Source: Eledone cirrhosa
Lineage: Eukaryota
Direction of reading: 5' to 3'
DNA length: 64,000 bases
NCBI GenBank assembly: GCA_964016885.1
Contig: OZ024754.1
Coordinates: 21,018,001 to 21,082,000 of the forward strand
Both the position numbers and the translations under genes were made by a program. The notes beneath the pieces are model-generated. The model saw only the letters and a program-made list of their open reading frames with translations. It was not told the DNA's origin and ran no database searches. Shown here in pieces: positions 30,621 to 45,600 of the stretch (its first letter is position 1; each line of letters starts with the position of its first letter).

Positions 30621-33600
30621 ATAGGCACTCCCTCCCATATTAGCCTTGGTATTAACATAGGGACTCCATCCCATATTAGCTTTGGTATTAACATAGACTC
30701 CCTCCCATATTACCCTTGGTATTAACATAGATTCCCTCCCATATTACCCTTGGTATTAACATAGGGACTCCCTCCCATATTTCCCTTGGTATTAACATAG
30801 GGATTCCCTCCCATATTACCCTTGGTATTAACATAGACTCCATCCCATATTACCCTTGGTATTAACATAGGGACTCCCTCCCATATTAGACTTGGTATTA
30901 ACATAGACTCCCTCCCATATTACCCTTGGTATTATCATAGGGACTCCCTCCCATATTACCCTTGGTATTAACATAGACTCCCTTCCATATTACCCTTGGT
31001 ATTAACATAGACACCCTCCCATATTACCTTTGGTATTATGATAGGAACACCCTCCCATATTACCCTTGGTATTAACATAGACTCCCTCCCATATTACCCT
31101 TGGTATTAACATAGACTCCCTCCCATATTAGCCTTGGTATTAACATAGGGACTCCCTCCTATATTACCCTTAGTATTAACATAGACTCCCTCCCATATTA
31201 CCCTTGGTATTAACATAGACTCCCTCCCATGTTAGCCTTGGTATTAACATAGACTCCCTCCCATATTACCCTTGGTATGAACATTGGGACACCCTCCTAA
31301 ATTAGACTTGGTATTAAAATAGACTCCCTCCCATATTACCCTTGGTATTAACATGCACTCCCTTCTATATCAGACGTGGTATTAACATAGGGACTCCCTC
31401 CCATATTAGACTTGGTATTAACATAGACTCCCTCCCATATTAGCCTTGGTATTAACATAGGGACTCCCTCTCATATTAGACTTGGTATTAACATAGACTC
31501 CCTCCCATATTAGACTTGGTATTAATATAGCGACTCCCTCCCATATTACCCTTGGTATTAACATAGACTCCCTCCCATATTAGACTTGGTATTAATATAG
31601 AGACTCCATTCCATATTACCCTTGGTATTAACATAGACTCCCTCCCATATTACCCTTGGTATTAACATAGGGACTCCCTCCCATATTACCCTTGGTATTA
31701 ACATAGAGACATCCCCCCCATATTACCCTTGGTATTAACATAGACTCCCTCCCATATTTCCCTTGGTATTAACATAGGGACTCCCTCCCATATTACCCTT
31801 GGTATTAACATAGACTCCCTCCCATATTAGCCTTCGTATTATCATAGGGACTCCCTCCCATATTACCCTTGGTATTAACATAGGGACTCCCTCCCATATT
31901 AGACTTGGTATTAACATAGACTCCCTTCCATATTACACTTGGTATTATCATAGGGACTCCCTCCCATATTACCCTTGGTATTAACATAGACTCCCTCCCA
32001 TATTACCCTTGGTATTAACATAGACTCCCTCCCATATTACCCTTGGTACTAACATAGACTCCCTCCCATATTACCCTTGGTATTAACATGCACTCCCTCC
32101 CATATTAGACTTGGTATTAACATAGGGACTCCCTCCCATATTTCCCTTGGTATTAATATAGACTCCCTCCCAAATTACCCTTGGTATTAACATAGACTCC
32201 CTCCCATATTACCCTTGGTACTAACATAGACTCCCTCCCATATTACCCTTGGTATTAACATAGGGACTCCCTCCTATATTAGACTTGGTATTAACATAGA
32301 TTCCCTCCCATATTACCCTTGGTATTAACATGCACTCCCTTCTATATTAGTCGTGGTATTAAAATAGGGACTCGCTCCCATATTACCCTTGGTATTAACA
32401 TAGGGCCTCCCTCCCATATTAGACTTGGTATTAACATAGACTTCCTCCCATATTAGACTTGGTATTAACATAGACTCCCTCCCATATTACCCTTGGTATT
32501 AACATAGGGACTCCCTCCCATATTTCCCTTGGTATTAACATAGGGACTCCCTCCCATATTACCCTTGGTATTAACATAGACTCCATCCCATATTACCCTT
32601 GGTATTAACATAGACTCCCTCCCATATTAGCCTTCGTATTAACATAGGGACTCCCTCCCATATTACCCTTGGTATTAACATAGGGACTCCCTCCCATATT
32701 AGACTTGGTATTAACATAGACTCCCTCCCATATTACCCTTGGTATTATCATAGGGACTCCCTCCCATATTAGACTTGGTATTAACATAGACTCCCTCCCA
32801 CATTACCCTTTTTAGTATCATAGGGACTCCCTCCCATATTACCCTTGGTATTAACATAGACTCTCTCCCATATTACCCTTGGTATTAACATAGACTCCCT
32901 CCCATATTACCCTTGGTATTAACATAGACTCCCTCCCATATTAACCTTGGTATTAACATAGGGACTCCCTCCTATATTACCCTTAGTATTAACATAGACT
33001 CCCTCCCATATTACCCTTGGTATTAACATAGACTCCCTGCCATATTATCCTTTGTATTAACATAGACTCCCTCCCATATTACCCTTGGTATTAACATAGA
33101 CTCCCTTCCATATTACCCTTGGTATTAACATAGACACCCTCCCATATTACATTTGGTATTATGATAGGGACACCCTCCCATATTACCCTTGGTATTAACA
33201 TAGACTCCCTCCCATATTACCCTTGGTATTAACATAGACTCCCTCCCATATTAGCCTTGGTATTAACATAGGGACACCCTCCTATATTACCCTTAGTATT
33301 AACATAGAATCCCTCCCATATTACCCTTGGTATTAACATAGACTCCCTCCCATGTTAGCCTTGGTATTAACATAGACTCCCTCCCATATTAGCCTTGGTA
33401 TTAACATAGACTCCCTCCCATATTACCCTTGGTACTAACATAGACTCCCTCCCATATTACCCTTGGTATTAACATTGGGACTCCCTCCTAAATTAGACTT
33501 GGTATTAACATAGACTCCCTCCCATATTAGACTTGGTATTAACATAGGGACTCCCTCCCATATTAGATTTGGTATTAACATAGACTCCCTCCCATATTAG

Positions 33601-36600
33601 ACTTGGTATTAACATAGGGACTCCCTCCCATATTACCCTTGGTATTAACATAGAGACACCCTCCCATATTACCCTTGGTATTAACATTGGGACTCCCTCC
33701 TAAAGTAGACTTGGTATTAAGATAGACTGCCTCCCATATTACCCTTGGTATTAACATAGGGACTCCCTCCCATATTACCTTTGGTATTAACATAGACTCC
33801 CTCCCATATTAGACTTGGTATTAATATAGAGACTCCCTCCCATATTACCCTTGGTATTAACATAGACTCCCTCCGATATTAGACTTGGTATTAATATAGA
33901 GACTCCCTCCCATATTACCCTTGGTATTGTCATAGACTACCTCGCATATTACCCTTGGTATTAATATAGAGACTCCCTCCCATATTACTCTTGGTATTAA
34001 CATAGACTCCCTCCCATATTAGACTTGGTATTAATATAGAGACTCCCTCCCATATTACCCTTGGTATTAACATAGACTCCCTCCCATATTACCCTTGGTA
34101 TTAACATAGACTCCCTCACATATTACCCTTGGTATAAACATAGACTCCCTCCCATATTACCCTTGGTATTAACATAGACTCCCTCCCATATTAGCCTTCG
34201 TATTAACATAGGGACTCCCTCCCATATTACCCTTGGTATTAACATAGGGACTCCCTCCCATATTAGACTTGGTATTAACATAGACTCCCTCCCATATTAC
34301 CCTTGGTATTATCATAGGGACTCCCTCCCATATTAGACTTGGTATTAACATAGACTCCCTCCCACATTACCCTTTTTAGTATCATAGGGACTCCCTCCCA
34401 TATTGCCCTTGGTATTAACATAGACTCTCTCCCATATTACCGTTGGTATTAACATAGACTCCCTCCCATATTACCCTTGGTATTAACATAGACTCCCTCC
34501 CATATTAACCTTGGTATTAACATAGGGACTCCCTCCTATATTACCCTTAGTATTAACATAGACTCCCTCCCATATTACCCTTGGTATTAACATAGACTCC
34601 CTGCCATATTATCCTTTGTATTAACATAGACTCCCTCCCATATTACCCTTGGTATTAACATAGACTCCCTTCCATATTACCCTTGGTATTAACATAGACA
34701 CCCTCCCATATTACATTTGGTATTATGATAGGGACACCCTCCCATATTACCCTTGGTATTAACATAGACTCCCTCCCATATTACCCTTGGTATTAACATA
34801 GACTCCCTCCCATATTAGCCTTGGTATTAACATAGGGACACCCTCCTATATTACCCTTAGTATTAACATAGAATCCCTCCCATATTACCCTTGGTATTAA
34901 CATAGACTCCCTCCCATGTTAGCCTTGGTATTAACATAGACTCCCTCCCATATTAGCCTTGGTATTAACATAGACTCCCTCCCATATTACCCTTGGTACT
35001 AACATAGACTCCCTCCCATATTACCCTTGGTATTAACATTGGGACTCCCTCCTAAATTAGACTTGGTATTAACATAGACTCCCTCCCATATTAGACTTGG
35101 TATTAACATAGGGACTCCCTCCCATATTAGATTTGGTATTAACATAGACTCCCTCCCATATTAGACTTGGTATTAACATAGGGACTCCCTCCCATATTAC
35201 CCTTGGTATTAACATAGAGACACCCTCCCATATTACCCTTGGTATTAACATTGGGACTCCCTCCTAAAGTAGACTTGGTATTAAGATAGACTGCCTCCCA
35301 TATTACCCTTGGTATTAACATAGGGACTCCCTCCCATATTACCTTTGGTATTAACATAGACTCCCTCCCATATTAGACTTGGTATTAATATAGAGACTCC
35401 CTCCCATATTACCCTTGGTATTAACATAGACACCCTCCGATATTAGACTTGGTATTAATATAGAGACTCCCTCCCATATTACCCTTGGTATTATCATAGA
35501 CTACCTCGCATATTACCCTTGGTATTAATATAGAGACTCCCTCCCATATTACTCTTGGTATTAACATAGACTCCCTCCCATATTAGACTTGGTATTAATA
35601 TAGAGACTCCCTCCCATATTACCCTTGGTATTAACATAGACTCCCTCCCATATTACCCTTGGTATTAACATAGACTCCCTCACATATTACCCTTGGTATA
35701 AACATAGACTCCCTCCCATATTACCGTTGGTATTAACATAGGGACTCCCTCCCATATTAGCCTTGGTATTAACATAGGGACTCCATCCCATATTAGCTTT
35801 GGTATTAACATAGACTCCCTCCCATATTACCCTTGGTATTAACATAGACTCCCTCCCATATTACCCTTGGTATTAACATAGGGACTCCCTCCCATATTTC
35901 CCTTGGTATTAACATAGGGACTCCCTCCCATATTACCCTTGGTATTAACATAGACTCCATCCCATATTACCCTTGGTATTAACATAGGGACTCCCTCCCA
36001 TATTAGACTTGGTATTAACATAGACTCCCTCCCATATTACCCTTGGTATTATCATAGGGACTCCCTCCCATATTACCCTTGGTATTAACATAGACACCCT
36101 TCCATATTACCCTTGGTATTAACATAGACACCCTCCCATATTACCTTTGGTATTATGATAGGAACACCCTCCCATATTACCCTTGGTATTAACATAGACT
36201 CCCTCCCATATTACCCTTGGTATTAACATAGACTCCCTCCCATATTAGCCTTGGTATTAACATAGGGACTCCCTCCTATATTACCCTTAGTATTAACATA
36301 GACTCCCTCCCATATTACCCTTGGTATTAACATAGACTCCCTCCCATGTTAGCCTTGGTATTAACATAGACTCCCTCCCATATTACCCTTGGTATGAACA
36401 TTGGGACACCCTCCTAAATTAGACTTGGTATTAACATAGACTCCCTCCCATATTACCCTTGGTATTAACATGCACTCCCTTCTATATCAGATGTGGTATT
36501 AACATAGGGACTCCCTCCCATATTAGACTTGGTATTAACATAGACTCCCTCCCATATTAGCCTTGGTATTAACATAGGGACTCCCTCTCATATTAGACTT

Positions 36601-39600
36601 GGTATTAACATAGACTCCCTCCCATATTAGACTTGGTATTAATATAGCGACTCCCTCCCATATTACCCTTGGTATTAACATAGACTCCCTCCCATATTAG
36701 ACTTGGTATTAATATAGAGACTACATTCCATATTACCCTTGGTATTAACATAGACTCCCTCCCATATTACCCTTGGTATTAACATAGGGACTCCCTCCCA
36801 TATTACCCTTGGTATTAACATAGAGACATCCCCCCCATATTACCCTTGGTATTAACATAGACTCCCTCCCATATTTCCCTTGGTATTAACATAGGGACTC
36901 CCTCCCATATTACCCTTGGTATTAACATAGACTCCCTCCCATATTAGCCTTCGTATTATCATAGGGACTCCCTCCCATATTACCCTTGGTATTAACATAG
37001 GGACTCCCTCCCATATTAGACTTGGTATTAACATAGACTCCCTTCCATATTACACTTGGTATTATCATAGGGACTCCCTCCCATATTACCCTTGGTATTA
37101 ACATAGACTCCCTCCCATATTACCCTTGGTATTAACATAGACTCCCTCCCATATTACCCTTGGTACTAACATAGACTCCCTCCCATATTACCCTTGGTAT
37201 TAACATGCACTCCCTCCCATATTAGACTTGGTATTAACATAGGGACTCCCTCCCATATTTCCCTTGGTATCAATATAGACTCCCTCCCAAATTACCCTTG
37301 GTATTAATATAGACTCCCTCCCATATTACCCTTGGTACTAACATAGACTCCCTCCCATATTACCCTTGGTATTAACATAGGGACTCCCTCCTATATTAGA
37401 CTTGGTATTAACATAGATTCCCTCCCATATTACCCTTGGTATTAACATGCACTCCCTTCTATATTAGTCGTGGTATTAAAATAGGGACTCGCTCCCATAT
37501 TACCCTTGGTATTAACATAGGGCCTCCCTCCCATATTAGACTTGGTATTAACATAGACTTCCTCCCATATTAGACTTGGTATTAACATAGACTCCCTCCC
37601 ATATTACCCTTGGTATTAACATAGGGACAGCCTCCCATATTTCCCTTGGTATTAACATAGGGACTCCCTCCCATATTACCCTTGGTATTAACATAGACTC
37701 CATCCCATATTACCCTTGGTATTTAACATAGACTCCCTCCCATATTAGCCTTCGTATTAACATAGGGACTCCCTCCCATATTACCCTTGGTATTAACATA
37801 GGGACTCCCTCCCATATTAGACTTGGTATTAACATAGACTCCCTCCCATATTACCCTTGGTATTATCATAGGGACTTCCTCCCATATTAGACTTGGTATT
37901 AACATAGACTCCCTCCCACATTACCCTTTTTAGTATCATAGGGACTCCCTCCCATATTACCCTTGGTATTAACATAGACTCTCTCCCATATTACCCTTGG
38001 TATTAACATAGACTCCCTCCCATATTACCCTTGGTATTAACATAGACTCCCTCCCATATTAACCTTGGTATTAACATAGGGACTCCCTCCTATATTACCC
38101 TTAGTATTAACATAGACTCCCTCCCATATTACCCTTGGTATTAACATAGACTCCCTGCCATATTATCCTTTGTATTAACATAGACTCCCTCCCATATTAC
38201 CCTTGGTATTAACATAGACTCCCTTCCATATTACCCTTGGTATTAACATAGACACCCTCCCATATTACATTTGGTATTATGATAGGGACACCCTCCCATA
38301 TTAGCCTTGGTATTAACATAGACTCCCTCCCATATTACCCTTGGTATTAACATAGACTCCCTCCCATATTAGCCTTGGTATTAACATAGGGACACCCTCC
38401 TATATTACCCTTAGTATTAACATAGAATCCCTCCCATATTACCCTTGGTATTAACATAGACTCCCTCCCATGTTAGCCTTGGTATTAACATAGACTCCCT
38501 CCCATATTAGCCTTGGTATTAACATAGACTCCCTCCCATATTACCCTTGGTACTAACATAGACTCCCTCCCATATTACCCTTGGTATTAACATTGGGACT
38601 CCCTCCTAAATTAGACTTGGTATTAACATAGACTCCCTCCCATATTAGACTTGGTATTAACATAGGGACTCCCTCCCATATTAGATTTGGTATTAACATA
38701 GACTCCCTCCCATATTAGACTTGGTATTAACATAGGGACTCCCTCCCATATTACCCTTGGTATTAACATAGAGACACCCTCCCATATTACCCTTGGTATT
38801 AACATTGGGACTCCCTCCTAAAGTAGACTTGGTATTAAGATAGACTGCCTCCCATATTACCCTTGGTATTAACATAGGGACTCCCTCCCATATTACCTTT
38901 GGTATTAACATAGACTCCCTCCCATATTAGACTTGGTATTAATATAGAGACTCCCTCCCATATTACCCTTGGTATTAACATAGACTCCCTCCGATATTAG
39001 ACTTGGTATTAATATAGAGACTCCCTCCCATATTACCCTTGGTATTATCATAGACTACCTCGCATATTACCCTTGGTATTAATATAGAGACTCCCTCCCA
39101 TATTACCCTTGGTATTAACATAGACTCCCTCCCATATTAGACTTGGTATTAATATAGAGACTCCCTCCCATATTACCCTTGGTATTAACATAGACTCCCT
39201 CCCATATTACCCTTGGTATTAACATAGACTCCCTCACATATTACCCTTGGTATAAACATAGACTCCCTCCCATATTACCGTTGGTATTAACATAGGGACT
39301 CCCTCCCATATTAGCCTTGGTATTAACATAGGGACTCCATCCCATATTAGCTTTGGTATTAACATAGACTCCCTCCCATATTACCCTTGGTATTAACATA
39401 GACTCCCTCCCATATTACCCTTGGTATTAACATAGGGACTCCCTCCCATATTTCCCTTGGTATTAACATAGGGACTCCCTCCCATATTACCCTTGGTATT
39501 AACATAGACTCCATCCCATATTACCCTTGGTATTAACATAGGGACTCCCTCCCATATTAGACTTGGTATTAACATAGACTCCCTCCCATATTACCCTTGG

Positions 39601-42600
39601 TATTATCATAGGGACTCCCTCCCATATTACCCTTGGTATTAACATTGACACCCTTCCATATTACCCTTGGTATTAACATAGACACCCTCCCATATTACCT
39701 TTGGTATTATGATAGGAACACCCTCCCATATTACCCTTGGTATTAACATAGACTCCCTCCCATATTACCCTTGGTATTAACATAGACTCCCTCCCATATT
39801 AGCCTTGGTATTAACATAGGGACTCCCTCCTATATTACCCTTAGTATTAACATAGACTCCCTCCCATATTACCCTTGGTATTAACATAGACTCCCTCCCA
39901 TGTTAGCCTTGGTATTAACATAGACTCCCTCCCATATTACCCTTGGTATGAACATTGGGACACCCTCCTAAATTAGACTTGGTATTAACATAGACTCCCT
40001 CCCATATTACCCTTGGTACTAACATAGACTCCCTCCCATATTACCCTTGGTATTAACATAGGGACTCCCTCCTATATTAGACTTGGTATTAACATAGATT
40101 CCCTCCCATATTACCCTTGGTATTAACATGCACTCCCTTCTATATTAGTCGTGGTATTAAAATAGGGACTCGCTCCCATATTACCCTTGGTATTAACATA
40201 GGGCCTCCCTCCCATATTAGACTTGGTATTAACATAGACTTCCTCCCATATTAGACTTGGTATTAACATAGACTCCCTCCCATATTACCCTTGGTATTAA
40301 CATAGGGACAGCCTCCCATATTTCCCTTGGTATTAACATAGGGACTCCCTCCCATATTACCCTTGGTATTAACATAGACTCCATCCCATATTACCCTTGG
40401 TATTAACATAGACTCCCTCCCATATTAGCCTTCGTATTAACATAGGGACTCCCTCCCATATTACCCTTGGTATTAACATAGGGACTCCCTCCCATATTAG
40501 ACTTGGTATTAACATAGACTCCCTCCCATATTACCCTTGGTATTATCATAGGGACTTCCTCCCATATTAGACTTGGTATTAACATAGACTCCCTCCCACA
40601 TTACCCTTTTTAGTATCATAGGGACTCCCTCCCATATTACCCTTGGTATTAACATAGACTCTCTCCCATATTACCCTTGGTATTAACATAGACTCCCTCC
40701 CATATTACCCTTGGTATTAACATAGACTCCCTCCCATATTAACCTTGGTATTAACATAGGGACTCCCTCCTATATTACCCTTAGTATTAACATAGACTCC
40801 CTCCCATATTACCCTTGGTATTAACATAGACTCCCTGCCATATTATCCTTTGTATTAACATAGACTCCCTCCCATATTACCCTTGGTATTAACATAGACT
40901 CCCTTCCATATTACCCTTGGTATTAACATAGACACCCTCCCATATTACATTTGGTATTATGATAGGGACACCCTCCCATATTAGCCTTGGTATTAACATA
41001 GACTCCCTCCCATATTACCCTTGGTATTAACATAGACTCCCTCCCATATTAGCCTTGGTATTAACATAGGGACACCCTCCTATATTACCCTTAGTATTAA
41101 CATAGAATCCCTCCCATATTACCCTTGGTATTAACATAGACTCCCTCCCATGTTAGCCTTGGTATTAACATAGACTCCCTCCCATATTAGCCTTGGTATT
41201 AACATAGACTCCCTCCCATATTACCCTTGGTACTAACATAGACTCCCTCCCATATTACCCTTGGTATTAACATTGGGACTCCCTCCTAAATTAGACTTGG
41301 TATTAACATAGACTCCCTCCCATATTAGACTTGGTATTAACATAGGGACTCCCTCCCATATTAGATTTGGTATTAACATAGACTCCCTCCCATATTAGAC
41401 TTGGTATTAACATAGGGACTCCCTCCCATATTACCCTTGGTATTAACATAGAGACACCCTCCCATATTACCCTTGGTATTAACATTGGGACTCCCTCCTA
41501 AAGTAGACTTGGTATTAAGATAGACTGCCTCCCATATTACCCTTGGTATTAACATAGGGACTCCCTCCCATATTACCTTTGGTATTAACATAGACTCCCT
41601 CCCATATTAGACTTGGTATTAATATAGAGACTCCCTCCCATATTACCCTTGGTATTAACATAGACTCCCTCCGATATTAGACTTGGTATTAATATAGAGA
41701 CTCCCTCCCATATTACCCTTGGTATTAACATAGGGACTCCCTCCCATATTTCCCTTGGTATTAACATAGGGACTCCCTCCCATATTACCCTTGGTATTAA
41801 CATAGACTCCATCCCATATTACCCTTGGTATTAACATAGGGACTCCCTCCCATATTAGACTTGGTATTAACATAGACTCCCTCCCATATTACCCTTGGTA
41901 TTATCATAGGGACTCCCTCCCATATTACCCTTGGTATTAACATTGACACCCTTCCATATTACCCTTGGTATTAACATAGACACCCTCCCATATTACCTTT
42001 GGTATTATGATAGGAACACCCTCCCATATTACCCTTGGTATTAACATAGACTCCCTCCCATATTACCCTTGGTATTAACATAGACTCCCTCCCATATTAG
42101 CCTTGGTATTAACATAGGGACTCCCTCCTATATTACCCTTAGTATTAACATAGACTCCCTCCCATATTACCCTTGGTATTAACATAGACTCCCTCCCATG
42201 TTAGCCTTGGTATTAACATAGACTCCCTCCCATATTACCCTTGGTATGAACATTGGGACACCCTCCTAAATTAGACTTGGTATTAACATAGACTCCCTCC
42301 CATATTACCCTTGGTACTAACATAGACTCCCTCCCATATTACCCTTGGTATTAACATAGGGACTCCCTCCTATATTAGACTTGGTATTAACATAGATTCC
42401 CTCCCATATTACCCTTGGTATTAACATGCACTCCCTTCTATATTAGTCGTGGTATTAAAATAGGGACTCGCTCCCATATTACCCTTGGTATTAACATAGG
42501 GCCTCCCTCCCATATTAGACTTGGTATTAACATAGACTTCCTCCCATATTAGACTTGGTATTAACATAGACTCCCTCCCATATTACCCTTGGTATTAACA

Positions 42601-45600
42601 TAGGGACAGCCTCCCATATTTCCCTTGGTATTAACATAGGGACTCCCTCCCATATTACCCTTGGTATTAACATAGACTCCATCCCATATTACCCTTGGTA
42701 TTAACATAGACTCCCTCCCATATTAGCCTTCGTATTAACATAGGGACTCCCTCCCATATTACCCTTGGTATTAACATAGGGACTCCCTCCCATATTAGAC
42801 TTGGTATTAACATAGACTCCCTCCCATATTACCCTTGGTATTATCATAGGGACTTCCTCCCATATTAGACTTGGTATTAACATAGACTCCCTCCCACATT
42901 ACCCTTTTTAGTATCATAGGGACTCCCTCCCATATTACCCTTGGTATTAACATAGACTCTCTCCCATATTACCCTTGGTATTAACATAGACTCCCTCCCA
43001 TATTACCCTTGGTATTAACATAGACTCCCTCCCATATTAACCTTGGTATTAACATAGGGACTCCCTCCTATATTACCCTTAGTATTAACATAGACTCCCT
43101 CCCATATTACCCTTGGTATTAACATAGACTCCCTGCCATATTATCCTTTGTATTAACATAGACTCCCTCCCATATTACCCTTGGTATTAACATAGACTCC
43201 CTTCCATATTACCCTTGGTATTAACATAGACACCCTCCCATATTACATTTGGTATTATGATAGGGACACCCTCCCATATTAGCCTTGGTATTAACATAGA
43301 CTCCCTCCCATATTACCCTTGGTATTAACATAGACTCCCTCCCATATTAGCCTTGGTATTAACATAGGGACACCCTCCTATATTACCCTTAGTATTAACA
43401 TAGAATCCCTCCCATATTACCCTTGGTATTAACATAGACTCCCTCCCATGTTAGCCTTGGTATTAACATAGACTCCCTCCCATATTAGCCTTGGTATTAA
43501 CATAGACTCCCTCCCATATTACCCTTGGTACTAACATAGACTCCCTCCCATATTACCCTTGGTATTAACATTGGGACTCCCTCCTAAATTAGACTTGGTA
43601 TTAACATAGACTCCCTCCCATATTAGACTTGGTATTAACATAGGGACTCCCTCCCATATTAGATTTGGTATTAACATAGACTCCCTCCCATATTAGACTT
43701 GGTATTAACATAGGGACTCCCTCCCATATTACCCTTGGTATTAACATAGAGACACCCTCCCATATTACCCTTGGTATTAACATTGGGACTCCCTCCTAAA
43801 GTAGACTTGGTATTAAGATAGACTGCCTCCCATATTACCCTTGGTATTAACATAGGGACTCCCTCCCATATTACCTTTGGTATTAACATAGACTCCCTCC
43901 CATATTAGACTTGGTATTAATATAGAGACTCCCTCCCATATTACCCTTGGTATTAACATAGACTCCCTCCGATATTAGACTTGGTATTAATATAGAGACT
44001 CCCTCCCATATTACCCTTGGTATTATCATAGACTACCTCGCATATTACCCTTGGTATTAATATAGAGACTCCCTCCCATATTACTCTTGGTATTAACATA
44101 GACTCCCTCCCATATTAGACTTGGTATTAATATAGAGACTCCCTCCCATATTACCCTTGGTATTAACATAGACTCCCTCCCATATTACCCTTGGTATTAA
44201 CATAGACTCCCTCACATATTACCCTTGGTATAAACATAGACTCCCTCCCATATTACCGTTGGTATTAACATAGGGACTCCCTCCCATATTAGCCTTGGTA
44301 TTAACATAGGGACTCCATCCCATATTAGCTTTGGTATTAACATAGACTCCCTCCCATATTACCCTTGGTATTAACATAGACTCCCTCCCATATTACCCTT
44401 GGTATTAACATAGGGACTCCCTCCCATATTTCCCTTGGTATTAACATAGGGACTCCCTCCCATATTACCCTTGGTATTAACATAGACTCCATCCCATATT
44501 ACCCTTGGTATTAACATAGGGACTCCCTCCCATATTAGACTTGGTATTAACATAGACTCCCTCCCATATTACCCTTGGTATTATCATAGGGACTCCCTCC
44601 CATATTACCCTTGGTATTAACATTGACACCCTTCCATATTACCCTTGGTATTAACATAGACACCCTCCCATATTACCTTTGGTATTATGATAGGAACACC
44701 CTCCCATATTACCCTTGGTATTAACATAGACTCCCTCCCATATTACCCTTGGTATTAACATAGACTCCCTCCCATATTAGCCTTGGTATTAACATAGGGA
44801 CTCCATCCTATATTACCCTTAGTATTAACATAGACTCCCTCCCATATTACCCTTGGTATTAACATAGACTCCCTCCCATGTTAGCCTTGGTATTAACATA
44901 GACTCCCTCCCATATTACCCTTGGTATGAACATTGGGACACCCTCCTAAATTAGACTTGGTATTAACATAGACTCCCTCCCATATTACCCTTGGTATTAA
45001 CATGCACTCCCTTCTATATCAGACGTGGTATTAACATAGGGACTCCCTCCCATATTAGACTTGGTATTAACATAGACTCCCTCCCATATTAGCCTTGGTA
45101 TTAACATAGGGACTCCCTCTCATATTAGACTTGGTATTAACATAGACTCCCTCCCATATTAGACTTGGTATTAATATAGCGATTCCCTCCCATATTACCC
45201 TTGGTATTAACATAGACTCCCTCCCATATTAGACTTGGTATTAATATAGAGACTCCATTCCATATTACCCTTGGTATTAACATAGACTCCCTCCCATATT
45301 ACCCTTGGTATTAACATAGGGACTCCCTCCCATATTACCCTTGGTATTAACATAGAGACATCCCCCCCATATTACCCTTGGTATTAACATAGACTCCCTC
45401 CCATATTTCCCTTGGTATTAACATAGGGACTCCCTCCCATATTACCCTTGGTATTAACATAGACTCCCTCCCATATTAGCCTTCGTATTATCATAGGGAC
45501 TCCCTCCCATATTACCCTTGGTATTAACATAGGGACTCCCTCCCATATTAGACTTGGTATTAACATAGACTCCCTTCCATATTACACTTGGTATTATCAT

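Noticed and set aside
37721-37725. Isolated 1-bp indels (ATTTAAC at 37721; CTTGTATT at ~9128)
   Set aside because: They are singletons in short homopolymers and cannot be told apart from sequencing error.
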